Shown: positions 28,542 through 40,716 of the stretch, one piece after another
Layout: the number at the start of each line of letters is the position of its first letter
Numbering within the stretch: the stretch's first letter is position 1
Origin: an uncultured Clostridia bacterium
GTDB taxonomy: Bacteria; Bacillota; Clostridia; TANB77; CAG-508
Direction: 5' to 3'
Length of the DNA stretch: 64,000 nt
Assembly (NCBI GenBank): GCA_947624195.1
Contig: CANQJH010000001.1
Location: 49,233-113,232 of the forward strand
Made by a program: the position numbers and the translations under genes
Notes under the pieces: generated by a model
Told to the model about the DNA's origin: nothing
The model's input: the letters and a program-made list of their open reading frames with translations, nothing else
Databases searched by the model: none

Positions 28542-29819
28542 ATGAAGTTAACAGAAGAAAAACGTAGAGAAATTTGTAAAACAAATATGAAACTATACCC
28601 AAATTATATAATGTTTGGATATGATTTGCTATTCTTTTATGGAATAAAAGTAATGTTTTTAAGTGAAGTTAAAGCCATGACAAATGCTCAGATATTGGTT
28701 TCTTCTTCACTTTTTGCATTGTTTACAATAATTATTCAATTTCCAGTAAGTGTTTTGGTTAGTAGAGTTGGCAAGCGAAATACAATAATTTTTGGAAATA
28801 TCATAAATATATTTTCAGTACTCGAATTTATGTTGTTACATTCTTTTTTAGGTTTGGTTGTGGCACAGTTGTTTTCTGCAATTGCTACATCATGTAAAAC
28901 TATATCTGAGGCAAATTTACTTACGATATCTATACCAGAAAGTGATAAGTCTGCTGAAATATTTACTTCAATAGACAAAAGGGCATATTCGAGATACTGT
29001 ATTTTATCAGCTATATCCACTATTATAGCTGGATTGTTATTTAACGTAAATGGCTATTTGCCAATGTTTTTATGCTTAATTTGTACCATTATTGCAACAT
29101 TGCTTTCTTTTAATTTTGGAGAACTTGAAAATGTAAAGAAAAATGGATTTACGTTAAAAGATTATGTTAAAGAATTAAAACAAGGATATAAATTTACAGT
29201 TAATTCAAAAAGATTGCGTGCTTTATTACTTGCAATTGGTTCTATTTGGGGAATATTAGCTTTAATAGATACGTACCAATTGGCATTAGTGCAATATATA
29301 GGAGCATCATCTATTCAGGTTGCTTTAGTTTTTGCTCTTTATGAAATTGCAAAAGCATTTTTCTCAAGAAGAGCAATAGAGTTTAATAACATTTTTAAGA
29401 ACAGGTCACTTACAAATATCTTAGCAGTATTTGCTTTTTGCTTGATTTTATGTGGTGCAGTTGCTATTATAAATATGTCATTTATATTTAAATTTTTATT
29501 AATAATTGTATTTGTTTTAATTATGGGTGCAATGAACGGTACATCACAGATATTGTCGAAAAAATATTTAAATAGTTTTACTAATTCTAAGATTTTAACT
29601 TGTATATATTCAGCTAAATCAATTTCGGATAATATCTCAAAAATGATAATAACTGGTGCGGGTTCATTTTTCTTATCTTTTGCCAATGTTGACATTGCAA
29701 TAATTATTGCAGGAATTGGTGTAATAATTTTAACCTTCTTTTTATCAATGTATATGAATGGAAGGGTTGGACTTGATCCAGAGGAATATACTCAAAAAGA
29801 TATTTACATAAGAAAATAA
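28542..29819 (+). CDS. polytopic membrane transporter (MFS-like)
   Basis: About 12 predicted hydrophobic segments; no diagnostic motif beyond the overall architecture. Confidence 0.5.
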   Translation: MKLTEEKRREICKTNMKLYPNYIMFGYDLLFFYGIKVMFLSEVKAMTNAQILVSSSLFALFTIIIQFPVSVLVSRVGKRNTIIFGNIINIFSVLEFMLLHSFLGLVVAQLFSAIATSCKTISEANLLTISIPESDKSAEIFTSIDKRAYSRYCILSAISTIIAGLLFNVNGYLPMFLCLICTIIATLLSFNFGELENVKKNGFTLKDYVKELKQGYKFTVNSKRLRALLLAIGSIWGILALIDTYQLALVQYIGASSIQVALVFALYEIAKAFFSRRAIEFNNIFKNRSLTNILAVFAFCLILCGAVAIINMSFIFKFLLIIVFVLIMGAMNGTSQILSKKYLNSFTNSKILTCIYSAKSISDNISKMIITGAGSFFLSFANVDIAIIIAGIGVIILTFFLSMYMNGRVGLDPEEYTQKDIYIRK

Positions 29820-29881
29820 ATTGAATAAAAACCACTTGTAAAGCATATAATAATAACGAGCTAACATTAAAGGAGAATACA

Positions 29882-30979
29882 ATGGTTACAGATATGAATT
29901 ATTGGAGTAAAGTTATAAAGCGTATATTCAGTCTTGCGCTAACAATACTACTCTTATTAGTAATATTTAAGTTATCTGTTTTCTATATACCATTTTTGAT
30001 ATCTTTTGTGTTGGCTCTTTTATTTGAGCCTCTTATTAAATTAATAATGAAAAAGCTAAAATGGACAAGGCGTATAAGCTCTATTGTTGTAATTTTTGTT
30101 TCGATTGCTGTTTTACTTGGAATTATTAGCTGGGGATTAGTAACGCTATTTAATGAAGCTACAAACTTACTTTCTAATTCAGGAGAGTATTTAGGGAGAA
30201 TTCAAGGCTTTATAAATAATTTTCTTAATAATAATGTTATACTCGAAAAACTTCCAATTGATTTGTCAGAAAGTATTGCAAATGCGCAAACTCAGCTTAT
30301 TACTGGAGTTACAACTTGGATAACAAATTTGTTAATTGGGATTAGAGATTGGATTTTGAAAATACCAAATCTAATTATGTCCATTTTTTTTGTACTTATT
30401 TCGTTATATTTTATGTGCACAGACAAAATATATATGATAGACCAACTGGAGCATCACTTACCAGATGTATGGACTAGGAAAATATCAAAACATTTACATT
30501 CAATTACAAAAAAGCTAGGTAGATATTTAAGGGCAGAGGCAACACTTGTTTTAATTTCTTTTTTAATATCTTTAATTGGACTAACTATATATAACATTAT
30601 AGGCTTAAATATTGGATTTCCGCTTCTTATAAGTTTAGGAATAGCGTTTGTTGATGCTCTTCCTATTTTAGGTTCGGGGACGGTTATGGCTCCTTGGGCT
30701 ATTATTGAGGTTATAAATGGAAATATAAAACTTGGAATTGCAGTTATAATATTATGGGCTATTATGGGCACAGTTAGAAGCGTTTTAGAGCCTAAGTTAG
30801 TTAGCAAGCATATAGGAATTCATCCAGTATTTACTCTAGTTGCTATGTATACTGGATATAGATTAATAGGTTTTTTTGGAATGATATTAGGCCCAATTTT
30901 ATTAATTGTTTTAAAGGAAATATATACTCCTTTAATTGATAAAGGAGTATTGCGAAGTATATTTGATAGAGAGGGGTAG
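29882..30979 (+). CDS. AI-2E family transporter / sporulation integral membrane protein YtvI-like
   Basis: UPF0118/AI-2E topology with the conserved LPILGSGTVMAPWAII region. Confidence 0.65.
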   Translation: MVTDMNYWSKVIKRIFSLALTILLLLVIFKLSVFYIPFLISFVLALLFEPLIKLIMKKLKWTRRISSIVVIFVSIAVLLGIISWGLVTLFNEATNLLSNSGEYLGRIQGFINNFLNNNVILEKLPIDLSESIANAQTQLITGVTTWITNLLIGIRDWILKIPNLIMSIFFVLISLYFMCTDKIYMIDQLEHHLPDVWTRKISKHLHSITKKLGRYLRAEATLVLISFLISLIGLTIYNIIGLNIGFPLLISLGIAFVDALPILGSGTVMAPWAIIEVINGNIKLGIAVIILWAIMGTVRSVLEPKLVSKHIGIHPVFTLVAMYTGYRLIGFFGMILGPILLIVLKEIYTPLIDKGVLRSIFDREG

Positions 30980-31054
30980 TAAATCAAAAATAATAAATTT
31001 ATTTGGAATAAATGTATATTTAAAGAGTATGTTTATTTGATTAAAGAGCTAAGT

Positions 31055-31576
31055 TTAAATTACTGAATTTTCAGAAGGTGGATATACATATTCATCTTCT
31101 GGAATATCACAAGTTTTTATCTCATCTACTTGAAGAACAGGCATTTCACCTTTGTAGTTACCTCTGACAATAGTGCCAGTTACCTCAACCCAGTCACCGT
31201 CTTTAAAGTCTTTTGCATTTTCGTATTGTGACAAAATTCCAACAACAACAGCAGTACTGCTGGAATCCATTATCATTGTTCTTGACATAACAAATTGGTT
31301 ATCATTAAAGTCAGGCATTCTGTATACGTATCCAGTTAGTTTTACTTTCATTCCAACATAGTCATCTATATTTTCATGTGCATTTTTTAGAAATGAAGTA
31401 TATTCATTAGTAGTTATTTCAATTATGTTTGAATCTATATTATTTTCAGTTTCATTTCCTGCCTTAAATATGGACATTACTGAGAATCCGATTACTCCAA
31501 CAATTATAATTCCTATAAAGGCTAATATTAGCTTTGATATTTTTTTGCTGTTGATTTTTAAATTATATATATACAT
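31055..31576 (-). CDS. membrane-anchored hypothetical protein
   Basis: Single N-terminal transmembrane segment followed by a beta-rich domain; no family assigned. Confidence 0.45.
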   Translation of the reverse strand: MYIYNLKINSKKISKLILAFIGIIIVGVIGFSVMSIFKAGNETENNIDSNIIEITTNEYTSFLKNAHENIDDYVGMKVKLTGYVYRMPDFNDNQFVMSRTMIMDSSSTAVVVGILSQYENAKDFKDGDWVEVTGTIVRGNYKGEMPVLQVDEIKTCDIPEDEYVYPPSENSVI

Positions 31577-31723
31577 ATGGATTCCTCACTTTCGTTTAGT
31601 TTAGTTTATTAGAAAAGTCTGTCCATTATGCATAAAGCACAAAACTTGAAATTTACATAATATTGTGGTATAATTAAAAGGTAGCGCAAAAAAATAAAAA
31701 TTTTAATGGTATGAGGGGTATTT

Positions 31724-34700
31724 ATGAATAAAATAGAACAAAAAAAATTGATGCAATTTTTGTATCAACATAAAGACGCAGTTTTTATTTTTAACTATAA
31801 TTTTATAGAAGATAGTCTTTTAGAAGAGGGAAAACATATAATAAGTCCACATAGAGATGGTGATACTATATTTAATTTTATTGTAGAAAATAGTGAAGTT
31901 ATAGATTTTAAAAAGTTCGTATTGTTTGGAGCATATAGTTCAAAAGTTGTAGTGTCATCACTAAATAATATTACAAATGATGGTATTTCAACACCATCTA
32001 AAGAATATTATGAAACTTTTTATAAATTTGCTAAGGAAAATATAAAAGAGAATGAAGACGTAACATTATTTGTATTCCCATCAGGTAAAAAAATGGGTAT
32101 TGTGGCTGTCAACTCAAAAAAAGAACTATATGGAAAAGAATATGTTCCAAAGAAATTAAGAATAAATCCAGAAGCTTATAAAGACTTAGTAGGAGCTGTT
32201 CAATTAGATAGTATAAAACACATATTTAAGGACAGCAATTTTGCATCTTTGGCATATGACATATTAGTCTATAATACGTTAACTCAGATGGGATATAAAG
32301 ATGCAGATATTGCTGGAATTATGGATAAAGAGACTGGAGCATTCGAATTTAGAACGTCTAAAGAATTTATAATGAATTTCCTTGATGCAAAGACACGTTT
32401 ATTCTTTGTTCCAGAAGTTACATCTCAAATTAATGAAGATAATTTATATATTACATCTGTTTATCAATTTATTGGTAAATTAAGTGCAGATATTAAAAGG
32501 TATCATGAATTAAATGAAGAAGAACGTAAATCTATGGATTTGTTTTCATTGAGAGAACTTGAAAGAGTGAAATATTTATTAGAAGAAGTTGAGAAAGCTA
32601 TAAACTTCAATAAAGTTACGGTTCTTATAAAAAATGTAGTTACTGGAGAGGAAGTAAAAGAAATATCTGCGAAAGTATATAGTAATGATTACAAAAGTGC
32701 TTTAAGTGAGTATGCTAAACTATTAATAGATAGAGACAATAAAAACATATTCAATCCTGACATACTTGCATTGCTTGATAAGAAGACAGCTTTACATTAT
32801 GCTGAGAAAATTCCAGATATGTACGCTGAGGAATTTAATTTCTTGTTATATGAAGCTAATTGTTTAACATTTAGTGAAGCATTAGAAAACATTAAAAAAA
32901 TTGGAATTAGTGATATAAATGAGGAATTTTTAAGGTTAAGAGCTGTGGATAGATACTTGACTGGAAGAAATAATACTTTAATGGATGTTGTAAATCAAAT
33001 TGGAATGAAAACAAGGAGAACTGATATAGGTGATACCTCGGCTCCGGAAAATGGTCAGCTTAATGTTACAGACGAAGCACAGGGCTCAGACATGGTAACT
33101 AATATTGAAAGACCTGAAGTTATGTTTGCGAAACCATTATCAGATGAAAATTTATATGAATTACTAGATGATACACTTAAAGCCATGTTTGTGAACGGTG
33201 CAATTAAAGAATATCTTGCCAAGGGCAAATACAGTGATATAGCTGAAAAAAATCTTAAATTATTCCATGCAAAGGGAGAACTACCTTTAGATGCATTCAT
33301 GACCTTTTATTCATATTTTGGAATGGATTTGGAAGTCATTGAAGAAATGTTTGGAAGCGAAAATGTTAAAAATACATTTAGTGCAGAACAATTGCTTTCA
33401 ACAGTTAACGATTTAATCGAGTATAGCAAAAAAGGCACTAAAACAGAGCAAGATGAAGAAAATCATACATACATTGTCAAAGATTATGAGTACTTAAAGA
33501 AAATATATCAAAAATATAATTTACTAAATGTCGATAATAATGAAGATAAAATATTAGAGGCATTTGATGATTTGATTTTTGATGATAATATTTTCAAACA
33601 ACTTTATGTTGATGGATTTATCTCAGGTAAGACTTTATATGATTTTAATAATGAACTAGCTAACAAACTTTACACTGAGGGAGAATTGAGAAGTGAAGAT
33701 AGACGATACTTTATTTTAAATTCGGGTATAGAACTTAGTGTTGGTGATATAATTAGATTAAATCAAGAAAAAGTTTTATCACATCAAGATGTTTTTGATT
33801 TTTATATGAAAGATAAAATCAATTTACAAGATTTAGCTAATTATGGCGAGGATATAGATTTTAGCGAAATTTTAAAAGATGATGAGTTAATAGCATTAGC
33901 GAAAAAATACAGCATGATAAGGAAAGATGATGCAAAAAATACATTTAACAAATACTTAGATGCATATATGAAATTCAAAAAGCCAGGATTGGACATACAA
34001 GAAAAATTATTAAAATCAATTGGAGGAAAAAATGCTAAAAATGAAGACTTACTAGAGCTATATTCTAAAGGCGTATTAAATATTGAAACAATTAATCCTA
34101 GTGATGATTTGCTTTTATTAATGATTAAACAGGGAAGATTAAAATCAGGGGATGAAGAACTACTATTTAAAGATACTGATATGCAAGGTACAAAGTATGT
34201 AAGATTAATGTCAATTTTGAGAAAACTAGATAGTGATGATGAGAAATTAAACTTACTAGCTGGTGTATACAAAACTGAAGATGAGGTATCATCAAGAAGA
34301 CTAAATATATTGGCAAATGAACTTTCATATGCATTTAACGAAGAGGGCGGCACAACATTGGGAGATGAATTACTTGACGATGATAATGCTAGCATAAAAC
34401 GTAAAGATAACGAAAATGATAAGCCTAAGTCAAAAGTTACAGTAGTAAGATCGCTTGCAAAAATGTTTGATACATTTAAGAGCATTAAAACAGATTATGA
34501 ACATATAATACTTTCTGGTACTTATGTAGTATTTTTAGATGATTCTGCATTAGTAGAAGAAGTATTTAGAAAATCAGCAGATGGCAAAAGTTTTGTTACT
34601 ACACATGCTACTTATAAAATTTCTGATGAATTTTTTAAACATTTCTTAAAAGATACATATAACTATGACTTTAGAAAAAATTTATCTGATTTCTTTATTG

Positions 34701-35044
34701 ATGTAAATAGAGAAGGTAAACCATATTTTAAATGGTCACTTTTAACAGCTGCAAGAAGAAGAAATATACCTGGAATTGATAAAGTTGTACATGGAAAAAC
34801 TTGGGCTGATAGATTAAAAGCAAAAGCAATAAAGAAGCCAGATATTGACGGACAAGAATTAAATGACGTGTTGGATAAAATTTCGAATTCAGCTCAAATA
34901 CGTGGTGTACATACAGATCTAGATGATGACAGCATTGATAAAAGTGCAATGAATAATTTTGATCCAGATGCAATGGTTGATTTAGACTCAAGTACAATGG
35001 GTGATTTTGACCCAAATGCAATGGTTGATTTTGAAGAAATATAA
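31724..35044 (+). CDS. large soluble hypothetical protein (1106 aa) with C-terminal FDP(D/N)AMVD repeats
   Basis: No transmembrane segment or known catalytic motif; a tandem DFDPNAMVD repeat sits at the extreme C-terminus. Confidence 0.5.
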   Translation: MNKIEQKKLMQFLYQHKDAVFIFNYNFIEDSLLEEGKHIISPHRDGDTIFNFIVENSEVIDFKKFVLFGAYSSKVVVSSLNNITNDGISTPSKEYYETFYKFAKENIKENEDVTLFVFPSGKKMGIVAVNSKKELYGKEYVPKKLRINPEAYKDLVGAVQLDSIKHIFKDSNFASLAYDILVYNTLTQMGYKDADIAGIMDKETGAFEFRTSKEFIMNFLDAKTRLFFVPEVTSQINEDNLYITSVYQFIGKLSADIKRYHELNEEERKSMDLFSLRELERVKYLLEEVEKAINFNKVTVLIKNVVTGEEVKEISAKVYSNDYKSALSEYAKLLIDRDNKNIFNPDILALLDKKTALHYAEKIPDMYAEEFNFLLYEANCLTFSEALENIKKIGISDINEEFLRLRAVDRYLTGRNNTLMDVVNQIGMKTRRTDIGDTSAPENGQLNVTDEAQGSDMVTNIERPEVMFAKPLSDENLYELLDDTLKAMFVNGAIKEYLAKGKYSDIAEKNLKLFHAKGELPLDAFMTFYSYFGMDLEVIEEMFGSENVKNTFSAEQLLSTVNDLIEYSKKGTKTEQDEENHTYIVKDYEYLKKIYQKYNLLNVDNNEDKILEAFDDLIFDDNIFKQLYVDGFISGKTLYDFNNELANKLYTEGELRSEDRRYFILNSGIELSVGDIIRLNQEKVLSHQDVFDFYMKDKINLQDLANYGEDIDFSEILKDDELIALAKKYSMIRKDDAKNTFNKYLDAYMKFKKPGLDIQEKLLKSIGGKNAKNEDLLELYSKGVLNIETINPSDDLLLLMIKQGRLKSGDEELLFKDTDMQGTKYVRLMSILRKLDSDDEKLNLLAGVYKTEDEVSSRRLNILANELSYAFNEEGGTTLGDELLDDDNASIKRKDNENDKPKSKVTVVRSLAKMFDTFKSIKTDYEHIILSGTYVVFLDDSALVEEVFRKSADGKSFVTTHATYKISDEFFKHFLKDTYNYDFRKNLSDFFIDVNREGKPYFKWSLLTAARRRNIPGIDKVVHGKTWADRLKAKAIKKPDIDGQELNDVLDKISNSAQIRGVHTDLDDDSIDKSAMNNFDPDAMVDLDSSTMGDFDPNAMVDFEEI

Positions 35045-35116
35045 GAAAATTTTATAATGTTAAAATAAGACTAATTTATAATTCTAAGGAAATAATAGAG
35101 AGAGGAGGAAAAGTAA

Positions 35117-35863
35117 ATGACTTTAAATGATATTATACAGTCCTTTAAAAATAATGAAGATAATATGAAAAAAGCAATTAAAATTGATAATACAGATTTT
35201 AAATTTAGTATGAATAAAGCCATTGACATACTAAATAGATTTAGAGAATTTGAAACTGGTTTTCTAAATAAAAAGTCATTAGTTGTAACAAATGGTAACC
35301 CATATATTACAATAATTCTTTGCATGCAAGCAATCTCTCAAAATATTTCCTTAACTTTAAATATACAAGACACAATGTTTGCACTTAATTCAGCAATTGT
35401 TAAAGTTTTTAATATAAACTTAAGAAGTGATGGACCACAAATAAAAAAATACATGTCTCCAAGAGAATTCATTAATTCAGACGCTGATGATATTATAGTT
35501 ATTGATGATAGAAGTAAATATTATTTCTTAAGAGATGAGTTAAAGATAAAAGCTAGATATGTTTCTTTATTAAATATAGACTTATACACAGATTCAGAAG
35601 ATTTATCATCCTTAACAGATACAATTACCGATTATTGCTCTCAGGAACATATTGGACTTGATATACACAGTGATGGCTCAATTGATGATTTCGTAAATGA
35701 AACAAATAAATATGATGGTGGAAACGTTGCATTAATACTAACTAAAGAAAAGGTAAATCAGATGGACATTTCTGATAAATTATCAGATAAAACGGTTTAT
35801 TTAAATTGCAATCCTTTTGCAAAAATTGAGGTAGATGTAGCACTTAAAAATATTTTAAAATAA
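35117..35863 (+). CDS. hypothetical protein
   Basis: 248-aa ORF with an RBS (ggaggaaaagtaaATG); no recognisable domain. Confidence 0.45.
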   Translation: MTLNDIIQSFKNNEDNMKKAIKIDNTDFKFSMNKAIDILNRFREFETGFLNKKSLVVTNGNPYITIILCMQAISQNISLTLNIQDTMFALNSAIVKVFNINLRSDGPQIKKYMSPREFINSDADDIIVIDDRSKYYFLRDELKIKARYVSLLNIDLYTDSEDLSSLTDTITDYCSQEHIGLDIHSDGSIDDFVNETNKYDGGNVALILTKEKVNQMDISDKLSDKTVYLNCNPFAKIEVDVALKNILK

Positions 35864-36147
35864 AAAGTTAATCCAGTATTTAAAATAGGGTACTTAAACA
35901 ATTAGAAACTTGGATATATACTGTACCTAATTATAAATACTGGATTAATTATTTTTGGTGTATTCTAAAATAATAATGTTTTAATGTAAAAAAATTGTAA
36001 TTACTTATAGTAAATTTATAAAAAATCATTGCCAAAAAGCTAATTAAGTGATATAGTACATATGTATATTTTATTGTAAATTAAACAAATGAAATTTATG
36101 AAATATGTAAGCGAAAATTTTAAAATTACAAGAAAAGAGGAAATTAA

Positions 36148-38895
36148 ATGAAACTATTTAAATCTTATAGTGAAAAAGAAGTAAAAAGAGTTATGCCTTT
36201 GGTTAACAAGATAAACTCTTTAGAAGCGGATATGCAAAAATTAACAGATGAAGAACTTAAGGGAAAGACAGATTATTTCAAAAAAGAATTAGAAAAGGGT
36301 AAAACTCTTGATGATATATTACCTGAAGCTTTTGCTGTTGTTAGGGAAGCGGCTAAAAGAGTTATAGGTATGAGACATTTCGACGTGCAATTAATTGGTG
36401 GAATTATACTTCACCAAGGAAGAATTGCCGAAATGAAAACTGGTGAAGGTAAAACGTTAGTTGCAACACTTCCAGCTTATTTAAATGCCTTAACTGGAAA
36501 AGGTGTTCATATTATAACAGTTAACGACTACTTAGCCAAAAGAGACAGTGAGTGGATGGGAAAGGTTTATAACTTTTTAGGTCTTACTGTAGGCTTAGTT
36601 ATAAATGGTATGAAACCTAACGAAAAACAAGACGCTTATAATTGCGATATTACATATGGAACAAACAATGAATTTGGATTTGATTATCTAAGAGACAACA
36701 TGGTTGTATATGAAAATCAATTAGTTCAAAGAGAACTTAATTATGCAATCGTAGACGAGATAGATAGTATCTTAATTGATGAGGCAAGAACACCACTTAT
36801 TATATCAGGACGAGCTAATCAAGCATCTGATATATACAAAAAAGCTGATAGATTTGTTGCAAAACTTGAAGCAAAAACATTAATTGAAGAAGATGTTAAG
36901 GATATAGCTCAAGAAGAAGACAACGAAAATTATGATTACATTATTGACTTAAAAGCAAAATCTGCTTCACTTACTCAAAAAGGTATAGCTAAAGCAGAAA
37001 AAGAATTTGGACTAGAAAACTTTAACGATATAGAAAACTCAGAACTTGTACACGCAGTTAATCAAGCTTTACGTGCACATGGTATAATGAAAAAAGATGT
37101 TGACTATATAGTAAAAGATGGGGAAGTTCTTATTGTTGATGAATTTACCGGTCGTATCATGTATGGAAGAAGATACAACAATGGACTTCATCAAGCAATT
37201 GAAGCAAAAGAGCATGTTAAGGTAGCAGATGAATCAAAGACTTTAGCAAACATCACTTTCCAAAACTACTTTAGAATGTATGATAAATTATCTGGTATGA
37301 CTGGTACTGCTATGACTGAGGAAGAAGAATTCCAAGAAATATACAGATTAGATGTTATTGAAATTCCAACTAACAAACCAATGATAAGAAAAGATCTTCC
37401 AGATATTATTTACAAAAATGAAGATGCGAAGTTTAGAGCAGTTATAAATGATATAAAAGAAAGTTATGCCAAAGGTCAACCAGTACTTGTTGGTACAGTT
37501 TCTATTGATAAATCAGAAAAGCTAAGTAAAATGCTTAACAAAGAAAGAATACCACACCAAGTTTTAAATGCTAAGTTCCATGAAAAAGAAGCAGAAATAA
37601 TTGCACAAGCTGGTAAGTATAAAGCTGTTACAATAGCAACTAACATGGCAGGACGTGGTACTGATATTGTATTAGGTGGAAATAGCGAATATTTAGCAAA
37701 ACAAGAAATGAGAGATAAATACACCTACGAAGAAATAGAAGAAGCTACAGCATTTAATGAAACAGACGACAAGGCAATTATTGCAAGAAGAGAAGAATTT
37801 AGAAAATTAGTTAAGAAATATGATAAAGGCATAGAAGATGAAAGACAAAAAGTTATCGAAGCTGGTGGACTAAAAATAATTGGTACAGAAAGACACGAAT
37901 CAAGACGTATAGATAACCAGTTAAGAGGACGTTCAGGAAGACAAGGAGACCCAGGAGAATCAAGATTTTATATTGCACTAGATGATGACTTAATGAAAAT
38001 CTTTGGCGGAAATACTATTACAAAATTATATAATTCTTTAGGCGTAAATGAAGATATGCCTATTGAAGTAAAACTAATTTCTAAAGCTGTTGAAAATGCT
38101 CAAAAGAAGGTTGAGGGCAGAAACTTCAGTATAAGAAAGAACGTTCTACAATATGATGATGTTATGAACAGACAAAGAGAAACTATTTACTTACAAAGAA
38201 GAGAAGTTCTTGCTGGCAAAGACTTAAAAGATAATATAATCTCTATGATTAATTCAGTTGCAGAAGAACTAGTTGAATCATACATTAATGGCGATTCTAA
38301 TGACGTAGAAGGTTTAATGCAAGAAGTTTCAAATACATTTGGAATTAACTCATTAGATAGTGTAAAAGTAGATGAAGTTAAAGAAGCTGATGTATTAAAG
38401 GAACTTCAAGACAAAGCTATAGAAATATATGAAGATAAGAACGAAAAATTCGGCGAATCTTTAAGAGAACTTGAAAGAGTTGTTCTATTAAAAATAGTTG
38501 ACCAAAAATGGATGGAACATATAGACAATATGGATGAACTAAAACGTGGTGTTGGTTTACGTGCTTATGGTCAAAAAGATCCAATTGTTGTATATAGAGA
38601 TGAAGGTTCAAATATGTTCGACCAAATGAGTCTAGACATTAGATTTGAAGTAGTTAGATTGCTAATGCATGTTACAAAAAGAGAAGAAAATCAATCAAGA
38701 AAAGAGTCAGCTAGAATTACAGATGCTAAATTACAAGAAAAATCAGCAATTGAGCTAGTTGATGGAAATCTTTCTCCAAAAGAGGGTGGAGTAAACAGAA
38801 CCATAGTAAATGAAACACCAAAAATTGGTAGGAACGACCCCTGTCCTTGCGGCTCGGGCTTGAAGTACAAGAACTGCCACGGAAAGAACGCATAA
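36148..38895 (+). CDS. secA: preprotein translocase ATPase SecA
   Basis: DEAD-like motor (MKTGEGKT), preprotein cross-linking domain, and a C-terminal zinc-binding [14 protein letters not shown] tail. Confidence 0.95.
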   Translation: MKLFKSYSEKEVKRVMPLVNKINSLEADMQKLTDEELKGKTDYFKKELEKGKTLDDILPEAFAVVREAAKRVIGMRHFDVQLIGGIILHQGRIAEMKTGEGKTLVATLPAYLNALTGKGVHIITVNDYLAKRDSEWMGKVYNFLGLTVGLVINGMKPNEKQDAYNCDITYGTNNEFGFDYLRDNMVVYENQLVQRELNYAIVDEIDSILIDEARTPLIISGRANQASDIYKKADRFVAKLEAKTLIEEDVKDIAQEEDNENYDYIIDLKAKSASLTQKGIAKAEKEFGLENFNDIENSELVHAVNQALRAHGIMKKDVDYIVKDGEVLIVDEFTGRIMYGRRYNNGLHQAIEAKEHVKVADESKTLANITFQNYFRMYDKLSGMTGTAMTEEEEFQEIYRLDVIEIPTNKPMIRKDLPDIIYKNEDAKFRAVINDIKESYAKGQPVLVGTVSIDKSEKLSKMLNKERIPHQVLNAKFHEKEAEIIAQAGKYKAVTIATNMAGRGTDIVLGGNSEYLAKQEMRDKYTYEEIEEATAFNETDDKAIIARREEFRKLVKKYDKGIEDERQKVIEAGGLKIIGTERHESRRIDNQLRGRSGRQGDPGESRFYIALDDDLMKIFGGNTITKLYNSLGVNEDMPIEVKLISKAVENAQKKVEGRNFSIRKNVLQYDDVMNRQRETIYLQRREVLAGKDLKDNIISMINSVAEELVESYINGDSNDVEGLMQEVSNTFGINSLDSVKVDEVKEADVLKELQDKAIEIYEDKNEKFGESLRELERVVLLKIVDQKWMEHIDNMDELKRGVGLRAYGQKDPIVVYRDEGSNMFDQMSLDIRFEVVRLLMHVTKREENQSRKESARITDAKLQEKSAIELVDGNLSPKEGGVNRTIVNETPKIGRNDPCPCGSGLKYKNCHGKNA

Positions 38896-39010
38896 ATAGA
38901 TCATAACCATTCATACTAAAACCGTGGTTTAACTGTGAAGTGAATAAAAAAATAGCAAAAGTTTATAAGCTTTTGCTATTTTTAGAAACAGATAGGAGAC
39001 CTGAGTATAA

Positions 39011-40111
39011 ATGATTGAATTAGAAGAAGCTATAAAAATTAATGAGAATCAAATTAATAAAATAAAGGATATTGGAAAGTCAATTGACATAAATGCATTA
39101 AAAGACAAATTGGCTGAATTAGAGCAAAAGACTAATGAACAAGACTTTTGGAGCGACAGTGCAAATTCGGCTAGAATTTTGTCGGAGATTACAGAAATAA
39201 AGAAAAAAATAGCTAACTATACCGAGGTAGAAAAAGACGTAAATACCATATTTGAGTTAATTGAATTGTTAAAAGAAGAAAATGATAAAGATATGGAATC
39301 TGAACTTGAAAAACTAATCAGTTCTACTAATAATAAAATAGATGAATTAGAAATTTCTACTTTACTATCTGATAAATATGACAAAAATAATGCAATTGTT
39401 ACAATTCATCCAGGTGCAGGTGGAACAGAAGCTCAGGATTGGGCTGAAATGCTATATAGGATGTATACAAGGTGGGCTGAAGCTAATGGATTTAAGTTAG
39501 AAGAATTAGACTATTTAGATGGGGAGGAAGCTGGACTAAAAAGTGTAACTTTCCTTGTGTCAGGTGATTATGCTTATGGTCACTTAAAATCAGAACATGG
39601 TGTTCATAGATTAGTTAGGATTTCACCTTTTGATAGTGGTGGAAGAAGACACACATCATTTGCTTCTTTAGAAGTTTTACCTGAAATAACAGATGATAAT
39701 GATATATATATTAATCCAGATGATATCAAAATGGATGTTTACAGAGCGTCTGGCGCTGGAGGTCAGCACATAAACAAAACTTCTTCTGCAGTTAGGTTAA
39801 CTCATATACCAACGGGAATCGTTGTAAGTTGTCAAACTGAGAGAAGCCAGTTTCAAAACAAAGATACAGCAATGAAAATGCTTAAATCTAAATTAGTTAA
39901 TTTAAAAGAAAAAGAAAACAAAGAAACCATTGATGAATTAAAAGGTATACAAATGGATATTGCTTGGGGTAGCCAAATACGTTCGTATGTTTTCTGCCCT
40001 TACACCATGGTTAAAGACCACAGAACGGGTTATGAAGTGGGGGATGTGCAGAAGGTTATGGACGGCAACATCAATGATTTTATTTATGAGTATCTTAAGC
40101 AAAACCTTTAA
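39011..40111 (+). CDS. prfB: peptide chain release factor 2
   Basis: SPF tripeptide context and GGQ motif (ASGAGGQHINKT). Single continuous frame; no CTTTGAC frameshift site is present. Confidence 0.85.
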   Translation: MIELEEAIKINENQINKIKDIGKSIDINALKDKLAELEQKTNEQDFWSDSANSARILSEITEIKKKIANYTEVEKDVNTIFELIELLKEENDKDMESELEKLISSTNNKIDELEISTLLSDKYDKNNAIVTIHPGAGGTEAQDWAEMLYRMYTRWAEANGFKLEELDYLDGEEAGLKSVTFLVSGDYAYGHLKSEHGVHRLVRISPFDSGGRRHTSFASLEVLPEITDDNDIYINPDDIKMDVYRASGAGGQHINKTSSAVRLTHIPTGIVVSCQTERSQFQNKDTAMKMLKSKLVNLKEKENKETIDELKGIQMDIAWGSQIRSYVFCPYTMVKDHRTGYEVGDVQKVMDGNINDFIYEYLKQNL

Positions 40112-40137
40112 TTTACACCACCAATTATAATAGTGTA

Positions 40138-40716
40138 TTATAGAAGTACTGGCTCTAATTGCTCATTGTTTAAAGCAGTTTTTAAGGTCTGTACTATAAG
40201 ATTGCAATCTGATGAAATATAACAGGGTTTAGTAATAGGGTTTGGCTGTCTAAATGGTACTAAAAAAATATTTTTTCTATTAATTAATAATCCAATATTG
40301 CTAGCATTTGAACTTAAACCATCATCTGCATTTATCGATAAAATGACAGGTAACTTTTTCTTGGTATGACATTTTACCGCATAAGTTACAGAGGTATCAG
40401 AAATTGAATTTGATATTTTAGCAATTGTATTTCCTGTCGTTGGAGCAACTATCATTGCAGCTGAATTAAGTTTATCTATAAGAGATTTAACTTGTTCAAT
40501 TTTGAATATAATTTTTTTACCTGTAATTTTTTCAATTTGCTCAATATAATGTTTGTCTGCTTCAAGATGAACACTTAACTTATAAGCATAGTAAGACATA
40601 ACTGGATATATATTTGCTCCTAAGCTTTTTAATTCTTTTATTTTATTAATTATAATTGGAAAGGTGCTAATAGCACCAGTAATGCCGAAGACAATATTTA
40701 AATTTTTCAAACTCAT
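40138..40716 (-). CDS. flavoprotein, dipicolinate synthase subunit B (SpoVFB)-like
   Basis: N-terminal GITGAIS flavin-binding fold typical of the DpaB/CoaC family; occurs in a spore-former context. Confidence 0.55.
   Translation of the reverse strand: MSLKNLNIVFGITGAISTFPIIINKIKELKSLGANIYPVMSYYAYKLSVHLEADKHYIEQIEKITGKKIIFKIEQVKSLIDKLNSAAMIVAPTTGNTIAKISNSISDTSVTYAVKCHTKKKLPVILSINADDGLSSNASNIGLLINRKNIFLVPFRQPNPITKPCYISSDCNLIVQTLKTALNNEQLEPVLL

Noticed and set aside
39011-40111. Programmed +1 frameshift expected in prfB
   Set aside because: The whole RF2 sequence, including the region equivalent to E. coli codons 20-30, is in one continuous frame. No CTT-TGA-C shift site with an upstream SD-like element is present, so this organism appears to use an unshifted prfB.
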